A stretch of DNA of 64,000 bases from contig CAVTET010000004.1 in assembly GCA_963733675.1 (NCBI GenBank), positions 288,001 to 352,000 on the forward strand. The letters run 5' to 3'. Shown one piece after another: positions 32,314 to 43,451 of the stretch. Each line of letters begins with the position of its first letter. Within the stretch, counting starts at the first letter, position 1. The translations under genes and the position numbers were made by a program. Source of the stretch: an uncultured Methanosarcinaceae archaeon (lineage in GTDB: Archaea; Halobacteriota; Methanosarcinia; Methanosarcinales; Methanosarcinaceae). Under the pieces are notes generated by a model. The model was not told the DNA's origin, did no database searches, and worked only from the letters and a program-made list of their open reading frames with translations.

Positions 32314-33381
32314 ATGAACAGGTACAAAAAATTGCTTATTGGAGCGCTGTTTATCAGTGCGGCATCAATTGCGCTGGTTGTTATCTTAACTTTTGACTCG
32401 GAAACGATTGCAGCTCTGAGAAGGATCAAGTTGGAATATATTCTGGCATCTGCTATTTTTCATATTTTTTCGTACTTTATCTGGGGAGCACGGACCCGAG
32501 CTCTATGCAAATCCTTGGGTTACGATGTCAAGTATCTAAAAATAGTAGAGATAATTCTTTCCGGGGTCTTTGCAGCTGGAATTACTCCCTCTTCTGTAGG
32601 TGGAGAACCCCTAAGGATCCATATGTTGTACCTGAACAAAATCCCTTTTGGCCGTGCTACAGCCATAATTATAGGAGAACGTCTACTTGACGCCTTTTTA
32701 ATTTTTGCTTCTCTACCTTTTGCACTTTACATAATGGGAGACATTTTTTCTAACTATAAGTTCGATATAGTATTATTAACAGCTAGTTGTCTGGCCTTCT
32801 TTGCTCTTATTTTCTTTATTTATGGGCTATGTAGGCCTAAAAAAGTAAAAAACATAATACTCTGGGTTATTAGAATATTTGCTCCTTTTTTAGGAAAACG
32901 GACAGATGATGAAATTGCTCATCTTATGGAGCAGATAGATAGGGAAATGGATATTTTCCACGAAAGTCTCTGGATACTTCTTTCAGAAGGAAAAAAAGGG
33001 CTTTTTTGGGGCATGTTTTTTACCATCCTATTTTGGACAGTTGAATTTTTTCAGCTTGTACTGATTCTCATGGGTCTTTCAAAGACACCTTCTATATTAA
33101 TTGCCTTTGCAGCTCAGATACTATTGGTCGTTGTCATGATCGTACCCTCAACTCCCGGAGGCAGTGGAATTGCTGAATTAGGAGCAGCTACTATTTTTTC
33201 TGTTTTTGTAGATGCTCCCATACTTGGAGTTACAGTGATTTCATGGAGGGCCTTAACATACTACATGAACATTTTAATAGGAGGTTTCATAAGTTTGAAG
33301 GTGGTCAAAGATATGGATTTGATTAATAAGTTGATAGGGAAATCTACAGAATTTCAGCGATTACCTGAAAAGGATATTTGA
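32314..33381 (+). CDS. Flippase-like (UPF0104/LPG synthase TM) membrane protein
   Basis: ITPSSVGGEPLR, ERLLD, VPSTPGGSGIAE, WRALTYY. Confidence 0.88.
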   Translation: MNRYKKLLIGALFISAASIALVVILTFDSETIAALRRIKLEYILASAIFHIFSYFIWGARTRALCKSLGYDVKYLKIVEIILSGVFAAGITPSSVGGEPLRIHMLYLNKIPFGRATAIIIGERLLDAFLIFASLPFALYIMGDIFSNYKFDIVLLTASCLAFFALIFFIYGLCRPKKVKNIILWVIRIFAPFLGKRTDDEIAHLMEQIDREMDIFHESLWILLSEGKKGLFWGMFFTILFWTVEFFQLVLILMGLSKTPSILIAFAAQILLVVVMIVPSTPGGSGIAELGAATIFSVFVDAPILGVTVISWRALTYYMNILIGGFISLKVVKDMDLINKLIGKSTEFQRLPEKDI

Positions 33382-33579
33382 GATCAAAAAGTTATTTCTG
33401 GAAGCTCTAGGTGAGTATATTTTTGTAGGATATCCTCACAAACTCTTTCTGCTATTGCATCCAGAGAAATCCTTGCAAACTCTTGAAAAAAAGTTTGCAT
33501 TTCCGTTTTAATCTCGATCGTACTGATCTATGATTTTTATGTAGTATCGGTAATATAACCATTTTCTGATCAAGTAAAA

Positions 33580-33725
33580 TATAGCGACCGAAAAATTGAT
33601 GATATTTTATTCCATCTGCAAAGTGTTATTTTAATTCTTTTAAATCTGCAACCAACATCTAAAGGTCAAAAATACCAAAAACGAGACTTTTTTTAGACAA
33701 CACTATTTTTAATTATACAATATCC
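33580..33725 (+). repeat. Inverted copy of the ISH3-remnant 5' region
   Basis: 33580-33664 is the exact reverse complement of 31891-31975; similarity decays beyond that. Confidence 0.85.
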
Positions 33726-33899
33726 AATTGCTTTGGAAGCATTGTTTCTTAATTTGGGATGATCAAAGGTTCGTGGTGTATTTCTTTGTAAGCTGGGTAT
33801 GTTCGTGCTATTGCTCTGGTTATAAAGAATTTGTTCTAAATCAGATATTTTCATATGCTGGCACTATTCCTCTTTTTCATGAGTTTTTTTATTTTCAAG

Positions 33900-34275
33900 A
33901 TGTTTTTTAATTAAATCGAAAGTTGTACATCACCTCCATTCCAATGAAACCTCTCTCACTCCAGAGCTCGCTATACGACAATTTTTTTCAAGCTCAGAGT
34001 GTACTCTACAGATTTTTCTTGCTTTGATACTTTTTGTAATTTGCATCACTCTTGAAGGAGTATATTTTGGTTCAGAATCAACGAAAAGATATACATCACC
34101 ATCATTATCGATTAAATTAAATTCAAAAAAGTATCTTTTACCAATTCCAAAGAATACATATTTCAAATAGTTTAGGATTTCATCATCTAGAAGAATTTTT
34201 TATGATATTTCATGCAAAAAAAACAATCTGATCATTTTGTATAGACAAGTAGCTCGCATGAAAAGTTCCATGTTA
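33900..34275 (-). pseudogene. IS200/IS605 TnpA remnant
   Basis: GIGKRYFFEF...YLFVDSEPKYTPSRVMQITKSIKAR. Confidence 0.75.
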
Positions 34276-34550
34276 TAGCACAACTTTAGCTCAAAATACA
34301 AGACTATTTGATAAATCCCAGAATTTTGTCACATTCATATAAATTGTATATAGATGGTTCTTGAAAATCAGAAATCTATCACAAATCAAATAAATCAGTC
34401 CATCAATAATGGTTCTCTGGGAAAGCTCCGAAAAATGACAGAGATATTTTGTTCCATTCTGCCTGCATTCAGTTAGCTGCAAAATAATATAAAATCCAAT
34501 CATTAAACAGTTTATAACAAAAAGCCTACCATTTACTTCAAATAGAATAA

Positions 34551-34637
34551 GAGAATTTCGATAAACCCCACATTTCTTAGTATGCTCATAAATGGTATAT
34601 ATGACTCGTGAAAAATCAGAAGTTTATTGAATTCCTC
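34551..34637. mobile_element. ~87-90-bp MITE (GAGGATTTCGATAAA-type TIR)
   Basis: GAGAATTTCGATAAAC...GTTTATTGAATTCCTC flanked by TAA on both sides. Confidence 0.75.
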
Positions 34638-35250
34638 TAAATTTAGATTCGTTATCACTAAACAGTGGATATTTTAAGAAACTCTTTATTTAGGATGTCC
34701 TTCATTAAATGACGGATCTTTTCATTATTAAGTTCCAGTATAACAAATGTTTGCATTTTCATGCATTGAAGCAGATTTGCTCTAACCAACACCAATGAAA
34801 CGCAGAACAAAAAAACAGAACAATAACACTAAGTGCATTTTTGAAATGAAATCAACCAAACAAAAGTGAATTACAATAACTTTCTATCTTTTAAAATAAA
34901 GAAGAAGGTTTTTCTATAAAATTGACTCTATAGGTTAAGATCCATAATTATGTATATACTTCAGGCAACATTATTATATTCTTCCTTAATGTTATACAAA
35001 TTCTTATGCTACAGAAGCAATTTCGAGTTTCAAGAGTTAATTCGAACATGAATTATATTCATTTCACAATTCCAGTTTAATTCCCCCTCTATACTTTGAA
35101 TAGAATTGATAGCTAAACATATTGAATAATTATACACAATTTAAAAGCCTTAATATTCTTCAAAATTGTTGAGTTGGGACATTTATGCCTTCCTTTTGCA
35201 TCCATAATACAACAAGGTAAAGCAAATCTCCACCATCCTGAGTGATTGTT

Positions 35251-38037
35251 ATGCTTGAAGATGAATATCAACTTAATTTTTTTAAAAATAACGGATTTAT
35301 CCGGAAGCAGTGCCACACATGCGGCAAGTTCTTCTGGACACGTGACATTGACCGAAATACATGTGGAGATGCACCCTGTGATCCTTATTCCTTTATAGGA
35401 AGTCCTATATTTTCCAGGGAATTCGAGATATCACAGATGCGTGAGTATTATCTCTCCTTCTTTCAGGCCAGAGGGCATAAGAGAATTGATCGCTATCCTG
35501 TAATCGCACGCTGGAGGGATGACATTTATCTTACCATTGCATCCATTGCAGACTTCCAACCGTTCGTAACATCTGGACAAGTTCTCCCTCCTGCAAACCC
35601 TCTCACGATTTCTCAACCCTGCATTCGCCTCAATGATCTAGACTCTGTAGGCAGGAGTGGACGTCATCTTACAAATTTTGAGATGATGGCTCATCATGCC
35701 TTCAATAAAAGAGATCATGAAATCTACTGGAAGGAGCGCACCATGGAACTCTGTGACGAGCTCCTGAATTCACTAAAAGTAGACCCCTTTGCTGTAACCT
35801 ACAAAGAAGAACCCTGGGCAGGTGGAGGCAATGCAGGGCCATGTGTGGAAGTCATTGTGAATGGACTTGAGCTTGCTACCCTTGTTTTCATGGATTTGAA
35901 GACCGACAAAAAAGGAGATATCCTGATCAAAGGAGAGACCTATTCAAAGATGGACAATTACATTGTGGATACAGGATACGGACTCGAACGTTTAGTCTGG
36001 GCTTCAAAGGGTTCCCCTACAATCTATGATGCGCTTTTCCCGACCATAGTGACAGAGCTAATGGGTCTTGCCGGACTTGAACATGAACTAGATGATTCTG
36101 GTTATGCGAATATTCTGGCCCAGAATGCACGGCTCTCAGGATCTATGGACATCAGTGAGAAAGCAAATCTGTTGGAGCTTCGGAAAACTGTTGCTTCAAG
36201 CATCGGAATGACAGTGGATAAACTCTCAGCGATCATGGAACCTGTAGAAAAGGTCTATTCAATAACTGATCACACACGCTGTCTGACTTTCATGCTTGGA
36301 GACGGGGTTATCCCCTCAAATGCCAAGGCAGGATACTTGGCCCGTCTTGTCCTCAGAAGAACTTTGCGCATGATGAGTGATCTTGGCATCATGACCCCCC
36401 TCTCCGAAATTGTAGAAATGCACATAAAGAATATGCCTGAGTACCCTGAGTTCAGAGAAAACTTCCCGTTCATGCAGGAAATACTGAAATTGGAAGAGGA
36501 AAAATTCATTTCGACTATGGCAAAGGGGCGTAGGATTATCCAGAAACTGGCATCTCACATTAAAAAAAGTGGGAAAAAGATTCCCCTTTCTCATTTAACT
36601 GAACTCTACGATTCCCATGGAATCCCTCCAGAGATGGCAAAGGAAGTAGCGTCGGAAATAGGAGTGAGAGTAGAATTTCCCGACAACTTCTATTCTATTA
36701 TTGGAGAAATGCATAACAAGGTAGCAGAAACAGAAGCAGAAGTTATTCCTTTTGCTGATAGACTTAAGCACCTCCCAAAAACAGAACGCCGTTTCTATGA
36801 CGAACCTACACGCCTAGAATTCGAAGCTGTCGTCCTGGATGTATTTGACAATCATATCGTATTGGATAACACTTTCTTCTATGCCGAAGGTGGAGGGCAA
36901 CTTTCAGATATCGGAACAATCACGGTCGAAGATGCTGTTTATCAGGTAGTGGATACCCAGGACTACAATGGGGTAATCATTCATACCGTGGAAAATTCAA
37001 ATGGGCATCTTGAGATTAGGAAAGGAGACATTGCCACAGGGGAGGTAGATGAAAAACGAAGAATTGCCCTTTCAAGGCACCATACAGCAACCCACATCAT
37101 AAACGATGTAGCCAGAAAAGTTCTTGGAAAACATATCTGGCAGACAGGTGCTCAGAAATTTGAAGATCGTTCAAGGCTCGACATTTCGCATTACAAGCAT
37201 ATCTCTCCGGAAGAATTAAGGCAGATTGAGCTTCTAGCCAACCACATGGTTATGGAAAACAAGCGAGTGGTTACGGAATGGATCACAAGAACTGAAGCTG
37301 AACAAGGATATGGATTTGGGCTATATCAGGGTGGAGTGCCTACAGGAGAGAAAATAAGGATTGTAAAGGTAGGAGATGATGTAGAGGCCTGCGGCGGTAC
37401 ACATTGCCTTAGCACTGGGCTTATCGGCCCGATCAAGATACTGAGAAGCGAAAGAATTCAGGATGGTGTGGAAAGAATAGAGTTTGCAGCCGGAACTGCA
37501 GCCGTGCTCGCAATGCAAAAAATAGAATCTCTCCTGACAGATTCTGCAAAAATCCTGAGCGTGCCTCCTGAACACCTCCCCATAAGTGTTGAACGCTTTT
37601 TTGGGGAATGGAAAGACCTAAATAAAGAAAATGAAAGGCTCAAGGAAGAACTTGGGCATTCCATAGCCTCTAAACTGCTTGAAGATTCTCTGAAAGTTGT
37701 AGACCTCAAGGTTATTGTGGAATTAGTTCCCGGAGCCGATATCCTTGAGCTCCAAAAAATAGCCGCTGAATTCCTGAAGCACGAAGAAGTGGTGGCTCTC
37801 CTTGTCAGCGACGTTGAAGGAGTCAAGATAGTAGCAGCGGTTGGAGATAAAGCTCTTAAATTGGGGATTAATGCCAATAACCTTGTCAGGGAAGTGGCAA
37901 AAATAGTTGGTGGAGGTGGAGGTGGAAAACCTAGCCTTGCTATGGGGGGTGGGACTGATTCTGCAAGAATCCAAGATGTTCTTGCTCGTGGACTTGAGCT
38001 CGTGAAAGAAAAGTGTAAAGAAACCTCACAAAAATGA
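35251..38037 (+). CDS. alaS: Alanine--tRNA ligase, archaeal type
   Basis: MLEDEY start, LTIASIADFQP, GRHLTNFEMMAHH, HHTATH/CGGTH editing motifs, GGGGGG DHHA1. Confidence 0.97.
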   Translation: MLEDEYQLNFFKNNGFIRKQCHTCGKFFWTRDIDRNTCGDAPCDPYSFIGSPIFSREFEISQMREYYLSFFQARGHKRIDRYPVIARWRDDIYLTIASIADFQPFVTSGQVLPPANPLTISQPCIRLNDLDSVGRSGRHLTNFEMMAHHAFNKRDHEIYWKERTMELCDELLNSLKVDPFAVTYKEEPWAGGGNAGPCVEVIVNGLELATLVFMDLKTDKKGDILIKGETYSKMDNYIVDTGYGLERLVWASKGSPTIYDALFPTIVTELMGLAGLEHELDDSGYANILAQNARLSGSMDISEKANLLELRKTVASSIGMTVDKLSAIMEPVEKVYSITDHTRCLTFMLGDGVIPSNAKAGYLARLVLRRTLRMMSDLGIMTPLSEIVEMHIKNMPEYPEFRENFPFMQEILKLEEEKFISTMAKGRRIIQKLASHIKKSGKKIPLSHLTELYDSHGIPPEMAKEVASEIGVRVEFPDNFYSIIGEMHNKVAETEAEVIPFADRLKHLPKTERRFYDEPTRLEFEAVVLDVFDNHIVLDNTFFYAEGGGQLSDIGTITVEDAVYQVVDTQDYNGVIIHTVENSNGHLEIRKGDIATGEVDEKRRIALSRHHTATHIINDVARKVLGKHIWQTGAQKFEDRSRLDISHYKHISPEELRQIELLANHMVMENKRVVTEWITRTEAEQGYGFGLYQGGVPTGEKIRIVKVGDDVEACGGTHCLSTGLIGPIKILRSERIQDGVERIEFAAGTAAVLAMQKIESLLTDSAKILSVPPEHLPISVERFFGEWKDLNKENERLKEELGHSIASKLLEDSLKVVDLKVIVELVPGADILELQKIAAEFLKHEEVVALLVSDVEGVKIVAAVGDKALKLGINANNLVREVAKIVGGGGGGKPSLAMGGGTDSARIQDVLARGLELVKEKCKETSQK

Positions 38038-38196
38038 GCTAATCAAGATAAATTGAAAAAATAATAAAAATGATGCCAGATTTTCAACCCTCGATTTTAT
38101 TTACTTATCTGTTCTTTGGGTTTTAATTTTGGGTCTTGATCTTGATTTTTTTTTATTTTTGGATTCCACATTCATCAATTTTTTCCAGTTACTCTT

Positions 38197-39246
38197 TCAG
38201 TCACTAAAGAGCAATTCACAAAGAACTGCGGTCCCGTCTTTTACAAAGAGGTGGACTGCCTTTATTCCTTCAAGACCTTTTTCTAACTCTTTTCGGACTT
38301 TCCAGTAGTCTTTGGGATTTAATCCCGCCCTGAGCACAACAATACCGACATTTCTATATTTCAAAAATTTGTTAATCTCAATTGGATCAAAAGGACAAAC
38401 CTTTAAGACGAGGTAGTATTTTTTGATCATAGATTGCTTTACCAGAGTATCAGATGTAAGCAAAAGCCTCTTCTTGTCAACTTTAAAGAGCCCTAAAGTC
38501 CCCATAATAGGCCCTGCAATCTGAATAATGGATTCCATCAGTTCAGGCAGAAGACCTGCTGCAACAACCGAGGGTTCAGGTTCATAGGCATAGAGTTTCA
38601 TCCTTTCCGTTTCTCTTGTTTGTAGAAGCGACCCGTTTTTCGAGACCAATCTTTCGCCTGAAGGAAGAGACACAGCTGTCCGGTCATACTTTTTCAGCCC
38701 ACCAAAGTAAAGGGTCAGCCGGTTGAGCTGGCCATCTAAAGCTATATACTCCTTTTCACAGTCAAAAGGAATTCTATCAGGTGATATTTGGGGAGGAACT
38801 TCAAATGAAAAATTATTAGTCTTTTTCATATAAGCAAACAGCACATTTGGAATTCCCGGTTCTAAGCTTGAGACATGCCTTTCATCTTCTTCCGCAGGGC
38901 GGAAAGGATCTGAAAAAACAACATCAACTACTGGGATTTGCTTTATTATTTTTGGATCAAGGGCATCTCCACAGATGAATTTCACATTGTCAATTCCGTA
39001 AATTTTACAGTTTTGCTTTGAATACTCGATTTTTCGGGGGTCTATTTCCAATGCATAAACGAACTCGCACTGCTGTGCAAAAAAAACAGTCTGTCCCCCT
39101 ATCCCGCAGCTAATGTCGGCCAGAGTTTTACATTTCAAGCGCTGTGCCCTATAGCGGGCAACCGGTTCAGGAGTTGCAAAGCGCAGGCTCTCCTTGTCCC
39201 CATAAAGGGGCTTTTCAAATTGTTTTTTCCATGCCACATTGATCAA
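38197..39246 (-). CDS. Class I SAM-dependent (RNA) methyltransferase with THUMP-like C-terminus
   Basis: RFATPEPVA, ADISCGIGG, FSDPFRP, YEPEPSVV. Confidence 0.8.
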   Translation of the reverse strand: MINVAWKKQFEKPLYGDKESLRFATPEPVARYRAQRLKCKTLADISCGIGGQTVFFAQQCEFVYALEIDPRKIEYSKQNCKIYGIDNVKFICGDALDPKIIKQIPVVDVVFSDPFRPAEEDERHVSSLEPGIPNVLFAYMKKTNNFSFEVPPQISPDRIPFDCEKEYIALDGQLNRLTLYFGGLKKYDRTAVSLPSGERLVSKNGSLLQTRETERMKLYAYEPEPSVVAAGLLPELMESIIQIAGPIMGTLGLFKVDKKRLLLTSDTLVKQSMIKKYYLVLKVCPFDPIEINKFLKYRNVGIVVLRAGLNPKDYWKVRKELEKGLEGIKAVHLFVKDGTAVLCELLFSD

Positions 39247-39635
39247 GAAATAGTAAATAGTTAATGGAATTTAAAGGAAACTGAAAAGGAAGAGATAAAT
39301 TGCCATTTATTTTCTCAATATGAAAGTAGCTTAAAAAATAATATAAATTTCAACGAATAATAATGGACAAACAGGCAAGCAAAGTCTACATCTGTGTCTC
39401 AAATAAGGTGTTGAACCAAAAAATAAATAGTATTTTCAAACAGATACTGTCAAATGGATATAAATAATAAAAAAATTAAGAGTCTCACTCTTAGGTCAAT
39501 GACGTTTTTGTCTACTGGATCGAACAAGCTTACTTAAGTAGTAAGACTCTTATCTGCATTTAATCTACTATTTTATAATTCTTTTTAGCTTTTGTGCTAT
39601 TTCATGCCGTGTAGTGGTACTCAGAGTTATGGTAC

Positions 39636-40232
39636 TCAACAAACTGGTGCACAAACAGGTACCTGGACAATTACTGGAGCAGGTGCACAAACAGGTGCCT
39701 GGACAATTACTGGAGCAGGTGCACAAACAGGTGCCAGGGCTGGTGCATAAAAAGGTACCGGGGCAGGTGCACAAACAGGTTCTTTGACAACTTTTTTGAC
39801 AGTTGTTTTGACAGGTACGTCGATAACCTTTTTGGCATATGTTGTGACAGGCACTTTAACAACTTTTTTAACGTGTTTTGTGACAGGTACTTCGACAACT
39901 TTTTCGACATATTTTTTGACAGGTGCCGGGGCAGGTGCTTCGATAGGTGCCGGAGCAGGTTCATAAATAGGTTCATTGGCAATTACCGGAGCAGGTTCAT
40001 ATACAGGTGCATTGGCAATTACCGGGGCAGGTCCACAAATGGGTAATCCGCAGCCAAGTCCAGGCAAACCCCAACCCGGTCCCCAGCCACCATAGCCACC
40101 CCAGCCATGACCCCAATGGCTGCCGCCATGGCCATGTGCAGTAGCTGTCACTGCTGTTAACGATACTACAAAAAGGACTGCAAACAAAATAGCCAGTACC
40201 TTTTTCATACTACGATATGATTGCTTCAACAT
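39636..40232 (-). CDS. Exported low-complexity protein with Gly/Trp, Pro/Ala/Cys and VPV repeats
   Basis: Signal peptide MKKVLAILFAVLFVVSLTAVTATA; GHGWGG block; four 12-aa KKVVxVPV units; repeated CAPAPV. Confidence 0.75.
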   Translation of the reverse strand: MLKQSYRSMKKVLAILFAVLFVVSLTAVTATAHGHGGSHWGHGWGGYGGWGPGWGLPGLGCGLPICGPAPVIANAPVYEPAPVIANEPIYEPAPAPIEAPAPAPVKKYVEKVVEVPVTKHVKKVVKVPVTTYAKKVIDVPVKTTVKKVVKEPVCAPAPVPFYAPALAPVCAPAPVIVQAPVCAPAPVIVQVPVCAPVC

Positions 40233-41514
40233 CTGTTTAAACGCCTCCTAAAAACTAACTTAATGATTTTCAAGTAATTTCCCATTTTTAGATGTGGTTT
40301 TAATTGTTGATTCACATTTTTTTTCAATACTAATTGAACTTTTACCTTAGTCCAATTTTGGAAGTTCGAAGTGTAATGATTTCACTAACCACTAACATTT
40401 CGCGTGTGAAATTAATTCATTTAGATATAAACTTACTTTTTTTTCACTAAAATTTTATAGGATTATAAAAAAATAATAAGTTCAAATGGATTTTTAATTC
40501 AATAAAAAAGCTTTATAAATCTTTATTTCTGTAGCATTTAGTTTAAGCTTTAAGAATGTGATTTTCTTAGAACCTATTATAATTTCATGAAATAAGTATG
40601 AGCTTAGTAAGAGCTTAGGAAAAAAATGAAAATGGCATTTTGTTATATATAACTTTCTATGTTTTTTGTTGAATCAAGTACTTTGATTATACCCCATCAA
40701 CTAGTTAATATTTTCATCTTAGAATACCCTTTGTTCAAATGAACTCGTTTTCTAATCTTAACCGCATGCAATGAACCTAAAAGTACATTATATAAAAAAT
40801 AAGATTAATAGAGCAAGTGTATAACTTTTCTGGATAAGCTCAGCTTATTATTGATAGACCATTAAAGTGTTTTTATGAAAAAAGTAGATTTCATCACAAT
40901 ATGTTGCGATAAGTGTCAGATATAATATTTTGTTTGCAAAACATAACGTATAAGGACTGAACACTGGAAGTAAAAAACAATTTCAATTGGGGTATGGAAA
41001 ACAACTTTACTTTTAGACATTTTGAAGCCTTCAATACTTATTGATTATTTAGTTCAACCACATAAGGTCCTAATACAATTAAATGTAGAATCATTAGAAT
41101 TCTATTCTATATATTTTTTGGTCGCAATATATTATTTGATTGATGTTTTCAACCTACATTCCGTAGGTGTACACTTGTTAAAATTTGTGTACCGATTTGT
41201 TCACTATTATTCATTGAAATTTATACTACTTTTTAAGCTACTTTCATATTAAGAAAATAGGTAGCATTCCTGTATACATCTGCATAAAGTGGGTTTCAAT
41301 AATTAAGCTTCATGCAACGAAAGCTTACGTTTTCATTCATTGAAACAAGTCTGCTCCCATCTCACTGAAATGCGAAACAAAAAAGACTTAAAAACGGCAT
41401 TTAGAGTATTCCGGGAATAACATCAACCAAATAAATAAAATGATCAATAGATTAGATATAATAAAACTCATACACTTGGGAACCATCCTTGAAAAATATA
41501 AACTATTATGGCCA

Positions 41515-41712
41515 TTAAAATAGCTCTACGAACTTTAAAACAATGCTAGCACCAAAGGAAAATAATAGTGGAATAATACCCATATTCAAAGAAACTTTTA
41601 CCATATTATCCCAGTATTTTGACAATGGAAGGAAATCTCTGAGCAAAAGCAGCAAAAGCAAAGTTAACGTAGCCACTGGCGCACCTTCGGGGATCCCCGG
41701 TGTGGATATCAT
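41515..41712 (-). CDS. Small two-TM membrane protein (native start possibly mutated to ACG near 41762)
   Basis: MISTPGIPEG...LLLLLLLRDF...SLNMGIIPLL; AGGAG followed by an in-frame ACG upstream. Confidence 0.5.
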   Translation of the reverse strand: MISTPGIPEGAPVATLTLLLLLLLRDFLPLSKYWDNMVKVSLNMGIIPLLFSFGASIVLKFVELF

Positions 41713-41955
41713 TGATAGCGCACCAGAAGGGACTGAACTTGATGAAATGAAACTTATAAGCGTAGTTAGAACTCCTTGAGTTGATTATCAAATTTAAGAG
41801 CCATATTTACAATATGATATAAAAATCCTCTCATATAACCAGTGTTTCCAAATATATTCGTTCCAAAAATCATTTATACAAATCAGAGGAATCACAAAAA
41901 ATTATTTAAAAGTATTTTGATAGCTCCTAACTTCTGTCATGTGATTCTAAAATGG

Positions 41956-42105
41956 GGTTCCGTTGCAAAAAAATTGGCTCCCTTGCAAAATCAGAAAAAA
42001 CATTCACAATTAGGAAAGTTAATCATTTTCATTAGAGAGAAATTGACACATAAAGGTGAAAATTATAGTGTCAAAATGTAGAAATATTCTTTTTGCAACG
42101 GAACC
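41956..42105 (+). mobile_element. 150-bp MITE with IS6 TIRs, copy 1
   Basis: GGTTCCGTTGCAAAAA ... TTTTTGCAACGGAACC; interior does not resemble the IS6 copies. Confidence 0.92.
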
Positions 42106-42566
42106 CATTCAAAGATCTCGCTTCTTGAGATGGTAAAGGTACAACTTTAGAGAAATTAGGTAAATCTGATGAAGCCATAATAGCTGACAGACATCCTAAG
42201 TAACTTTCAACTAATAAGGGCGCCGGATTTAATGCACTTGATTTGGCAGAATACCTAATTTTCCGCAAAATCTGCTATGTACCCTTGAATTTTCTTTTTT
42301 GATTACTATTCTATTAATACATTCTTATTTCCTCTAATCCTGAATGGAGTTTCAATATAATATGAAGCAACATTTAAGCGAATTATTATTCCGTGATTTA
42401 AGTAAAGCCTACTTACTTATCTCCAATTCAGATAAATGTGCACCCACAAGTTCGGATTAAAGTGAAAAAATACAGAGATTTTGCTACAAAAACTCTGCAT
42501 AACCAAGATATAGTGTCCTTAAAGGGGTCTAGCTTAAAGAAAAATAGTATTTCTAGTAAACGGATA

Positions 42567-42716
42567 GGTTCCGTTGCAAAAAGAATATTTCTACATTTTG
42601 ACACTATAATTTTCACCTTTATGTGTCAATTTTTCTCTAATGAAAATGATTAACTTTCCTAATTGTGAAGGTTTTTTCTGATTTTGCAAGAAAGCCAGAT
42701 TTTTTGCAACGGAACC
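42567..42716 (-). mobile_element. 150-bp MITE with IS6 TIRs, copy 2 (inverted)
   Basis: Near-identical reverse complement of 41956-42105. Confidence 0.92.
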
Positions 42717-42779
42717 AAAAATAGATATATTTCAACTGATTTCTGATAGGCTGGATAATTGCTATTATTTCCTACTATT

Positions 42780-43451
42780 TCACTTCATTTCCGTGTTTTT
42801 CAGCTTTTCTCTAATATTTTCTACAGTCTTCCAGGACTGCCGGACAATGCTGGGAAACTCTCCACAATGTTGTCTTCCCCACTTAAAGAGAAATTCTATT
42901 GTTTTCGGGTCTGAGGGATAGCCGCTACCGAAATCTGCACTCCACTCTTTTTTTAGTTCTCTGATAATTTCATCCCTACGCACCTTTGCAATAATAGAGG
43001 CTGCTGAGACTGTGGGATATAACACATCTGCCTGGTGCATGGAAACTATATTAATTTTCGTTGAATCATTTATACTGTTTTTTGCGTACTGCCTACGAAG
43101 ATTTTCAGCAAAACGTTCGGCTTTGACATCAGCAGCATCAACATACACGAGATCAGGCTTAAGCTGTTCAAGTACTTTTGCAAAGCAAACTACCATTATT
43201 TCATTCATGCTCATTATCTTCCGTAGTTCGTCTATCTGAAAGGGGCTGACTTCAAGTATAACATAGCCTTCGGAATGTTTTTTTATTAGGCCTGCAAGGT
43301 GCTCTCTTTTTTTTGGTGTCAATTTCTTGGAGTCAGCAACCCCAAGTAACTTGAGGATATGAGCTTTAGATTTCTCTATTTTTATGCCTCCTATGCACAT
43401 GGGTCCGATTACAGGTCCTTTTCCTGCTTCATCGATTCCTGCGATCATCAT
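42780..43451 (-). CDS. rnhB: Ribonuclease HII
   Basis: GIDEAGKGPVIGP, ADSKKL, VSAASIIAKV, FGSGYPSDP. Confidence 0.95.
   Translation of the reverse strand: MMIAGIDEAGKGPVIGPMCIGGIKIEKSKAHILKLLGVADSKKLTPKKREHLAGLIKKHSEGYVILEVSPFQIDELRKIMSMNEIMVVCFAKVLEQLKPDLVYVDAADVKAERFAENLRRQYAKNSINDSTKINIVSMHQADVLYPTVSAASIIAKVRRDEIIRELKKEWSADFGSGYPSDPKTIEFLFKWGRQHCGEFPSIVRQSWKTVENIREKLKNTEMK

Noticed and set aside
41842-42653. ORFs 41842-42081, 42071-42268, 42428-42616 and 42438-42653
   Set aside because: Artefacts of reading through the 150-bp MITEs
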